Made by a program: the position numbers and the translations under genes. The notes below the pieces were generated by a model that was not told where the DNA came from, made no database searches, and saw only the letters and a program-made list of their open reading frames with translations. Shown here one piece after another: positions 9,532 to 11,258 of a stretch of 11,258 nt of DNA. This stretch comes from Patescibacteria group bacterium (GTDB lineage: Bacteria; Patescibacteriota; Minisyncoccia; UBA6257; HR35): the NCBI GenBank assembly GCA_030549845.1, contig JAUQQN010000009.1, positions 1-11,258 of the forward strand. The letters run 5' to 3'. Positions within the stretch are counted from its first letter, which is position 1. The number at the start of each line of letters is the position of its first letter.

Positions 9532-10031
9532 TCTGTTAAAATAGTTGTTAATTCAATTTTTTGGTTATAAAATTGAACTGTGCTTGTAACTATTACATAA
9601 TCTTGCCCTGCAATAGATGATGTAGATATACTTATAACTCTTTCAAAAATTGTAGAAGTTGGCGTTGAATTATGTGTATAAAAACCATTACCATCTATAT
9701 ATAAAGGGCAAAGCTCTGTTGTTGGGTTTAAGATTAAATTATGGTCAACGCAATATTTACCTGGTGGAAGTATATCTAAGAGAGACATACCTGAATTTTT
9801 TATTCTTTCAATATTTCTTTTAGCTATTACAAGTTCTAAACCTTCCTGGGCCAAAAAATTTCCTATTGCCCTTTCTTTCACTGTTTTTAAAGCATTTAAA
9901 TAGCTATTTACTAAAACAATTAAAGAAATAAAAGCAATCAAAAAAATAGAGATTGCAATTAGAAGCTCAAAAATTGATTGACTTTTATTTAACAATAACT
10001 TGGCCTGCTTTTGTAATTGTGATTGTTGCAT
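9522..10031 (-). CDS. degenerate prepilin-type minor pilin (PilV/GspI/ComGE-like position)
   Basis: The protein is 169 aa. ...NKS|QSIFELLIAISIFLIAFISLIVLV aligns to G|FTLIE with Ser at -1, Gln at +1 and Glu at +5. It is followed by AIGNFLAQEGLE, as in PilV/GspI alpha-1 helices. The ATG at 10031 overlaps the upstream gene by 47 nt. An in-frame TTG at 9995 would give a 5-residue leader and an 11-nt overlap. Confidence 0.6.
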   Translation of the reverse strand: MQQSQLQKQAKLLLNKSQSIFELLIAISIFLIAFISLIVLVNSYLNALKTVKERAIGNFLAQEGLELVIAKRNIERIKNSGMSLLDILPPGKYCVDHNLILNPTTELCPLYIDGNGFYTHNSTPTSTIFERVISISTSSIAGQDYVIVTSTVQFYNQKIELTTILTEWF

Positions 10032-10620
10032 TTTTATCTACATATTTTAAAGAAATATTAAACACCTCATCAAAATCTATTTTGTTTCCATCTTTATAAA
10101 TTAAAACCTCTCCATAAGGATGAACAAACATTATAGAGGTCGAGGAAAAATTAGAAAACGAAGAAGTTCCTACTTTTATTTCATCAATTTTTAATTCATA
10201 TTCTGTAATCAAAGGATTATTTTTATCAGTTGTGAATTCATTATTTTTATTTACAAATAGAGAGGGTTCTTTGTTTGAAAAATTAAATTCTTCTGGATTT
10301 GAAGATAAAATTTGAAAACAATCAATGCTTCCACTTACAGATGAGGTTGCATAAGCTATCATTGTATATCTTTTAGAATTTGAAGAAATTTTTATCCCTA
10401 CCCCACAAACTGATGATGTAGTATTATTTATAGCAATTTCAAATTTTTTAAAACTTAAATCTTGTGCTCTTTTTAAGTCTTCTCCTAATAATAATTTTGA
10501 TGTCTCAAAGTCTTGGTATTTTTTATTTAAATTTAAAAGATAAAAACTTGTACCCAATATTACTGAAGTAATTACTAAAATGACAGTAGATTCAAATAAA
10601 GTAAATGCTTTCTTTTTCAT
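9985..10620 (-). CDS. prepilin-type minor pilin (FimU/GspH/ComGD-like position)
   Basis: The protein is 211 aa. The signal peptide is MKKKA|FTLFESTVILVITSVILGTSFYLL, with Ala at -1, Phe at +1 and Glu at +5. ETSKLLLGEDLKRAQDLSF follows and resembles the GspH/FimT a..l...l..AR..A helix continuation. Its ATG shares one base with the peptidase stop (TAATG at 10618-10622). Confidence 0.65.
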   Translation of the reverse strand: MKKKAFTLFESTVILVITSVILGTSFYLLNLNKKYQDFETSKLLLGEDLKRAQDLSFKKFEIAINNTTSSVCGVGIKISSNSKRYTMIAYATSSVSGSIDCFQILSSNPEEFNFSNKEPSLFVNKNNEFTTDKNNPLITEYELKIDEIKVGTSSFSNFSSTSIMFVHPYGEVLIYKDGNKIDFDEVFNISLKYVDKNATITITKAGQVIVK

Positions 10621-11258
10621 TAACTTAATTTTAACATAAGATTAAAAACAAGTTTGTAGATATAATCTCCATAAAATAAAGCCACAAATAAACCAAGAAA
10701 TAAAAAAGGTATAAAAGGTACTTCTTTGAAAAATCTTTTCTTAAAAAAAATATTATATATCCCCAAAATAGAACCAATTAAACTTGCTAATAAAAATATT
10801 GATATCAAATCACCTAATTTTAAAAATAAACCAAGCAAAAAAGCAATTTTTACATCACCTAGCCCCAAGCCTTTTCCAAGGCTAACTAAAAATATAATTA
10901 AAAACAATAAAGAAAAAAGGAAAGCATTAAATAATTGATCTAAGATTAAATAAAATTTTGATACCTGAGATTTTGAAGGCAAGGTTATTAAGTAGTTAAC
11001 TCCACCAAATAAATTAATTTCTGGAAACTTTAGAAAAAGAAAAATAATAACAAAAATAATCCAAACAAAAATTCCAAAATAATAAATTTCTTCTGAAATA
11101 TAAAATGTATCTAGATCATACAATGCCAAAATAAAAACTAAAGAATATAAAAACAACAAATAAATAAAAAGAATAAAATTCTCTATTGAATAAAAGTACA
11201 AAAGCCAACTTTTTTTAGCAATGCCATAAGTAAATAACCCTGTTATCAGTTCTGTAAT
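10620..11258 (-). CDS. pilD: prepilin (type IV leader) peptidase, A24 family; 5' end beyond the window
   Basis: It is polytopic and hydrophobic. The first catalytic Asp context is ALYDLDTFYISEE (..iDlD...lPd), and the second is GLGLGDVKIAFLLG (GxGD[VF]K). The C-terminal VPFIPFLFLG matches iPFgPfLa. The ORF-track start at 11201 is a TTG, and the frame stays open to position 11258. That upstream stretch reads ITELITGLFTYGIAKKSWL, which matches the conserved vEl.tallf helix preceding the first Asp, so the real start lies outside the window. Confidence 0.85.
   Translation of the reverse strand: MTELITGLFTYGIAKKSWLLYFYSIENFILFIYLLFLYSLVFILALYDLDTFYISEEIYYFGIFVWIIFVIIFLFLKFPEINLFGGVNYLITLPSKSQVSKFYLILDQLFNAFLFSLLFLIIFLVSLGKGLGLGDVKIAFLLGLFLKLGDLISIFLLASLIGSILGIYNIFFKKRFFKEVPFIPFLFLGLFVALFYGDYIYKLVFNLMLKLS

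Noticed and set aside
9985-10620. Many N-x-S/T sequons and Ser/Thr runs in the 211-aa pilin-like protein (NNTT, NFSN, NFSS, NISL, NATI). These hint at pilin glycosylation.
   Set aside because: Asn, Ser and Thr are abundant in every protein of this AT-rich window, so the sequons are expected by chance. No glycosyltransferase or oligosaccharyltransferase gene is present nearby.

Overview
This window is very AT-rich (roughly 30% GC by eye, not computed) and about 97% coding. It holds 13 genes with tiny or overlapping junctions. The standard code applies, since TGA terminates gpmI. On the minus strand at the left are the 5' fragment of a type IV pilin-like gene, which is missing from the ORF track because it is truncated, then holA, hup (HU) and rny. 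On the plus strand come gpmI and secD (ATGA overlap), then greA. greA converges on and overlaps ligA (minus) by 6 nt. ligA sits 29 nt downstream of a five-gene, translationally coupled type IV filament module on the minus strand. That module is a prepilin peptidase (A24 family), whose frame is still open at the right window edge, followed by four small pilin-like proteins. These four are arranged in the conserved minor-pilin order GspH/I/J/K = FimU/PilV/PilW/PilX = ComGD/E/F/G. I saw no rRNA, tRNA, CRISPR, IS element or DNA repeat. Composition, compaction and gene content fit a reduced-genome, low-GC bacterium such as a Patescibacteria/CPR member, but that is inference only. I see no convincing evidence of an entirely new system. 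The best candidate for novelty is the highly divergent minor-pilin module: three of four recognisable class III signal peptides lack the usual Gly at -1, and the putative tip subunit is unusual. A secondary point is an iPGM-family enzyme with several canonical active-site residues replaced.
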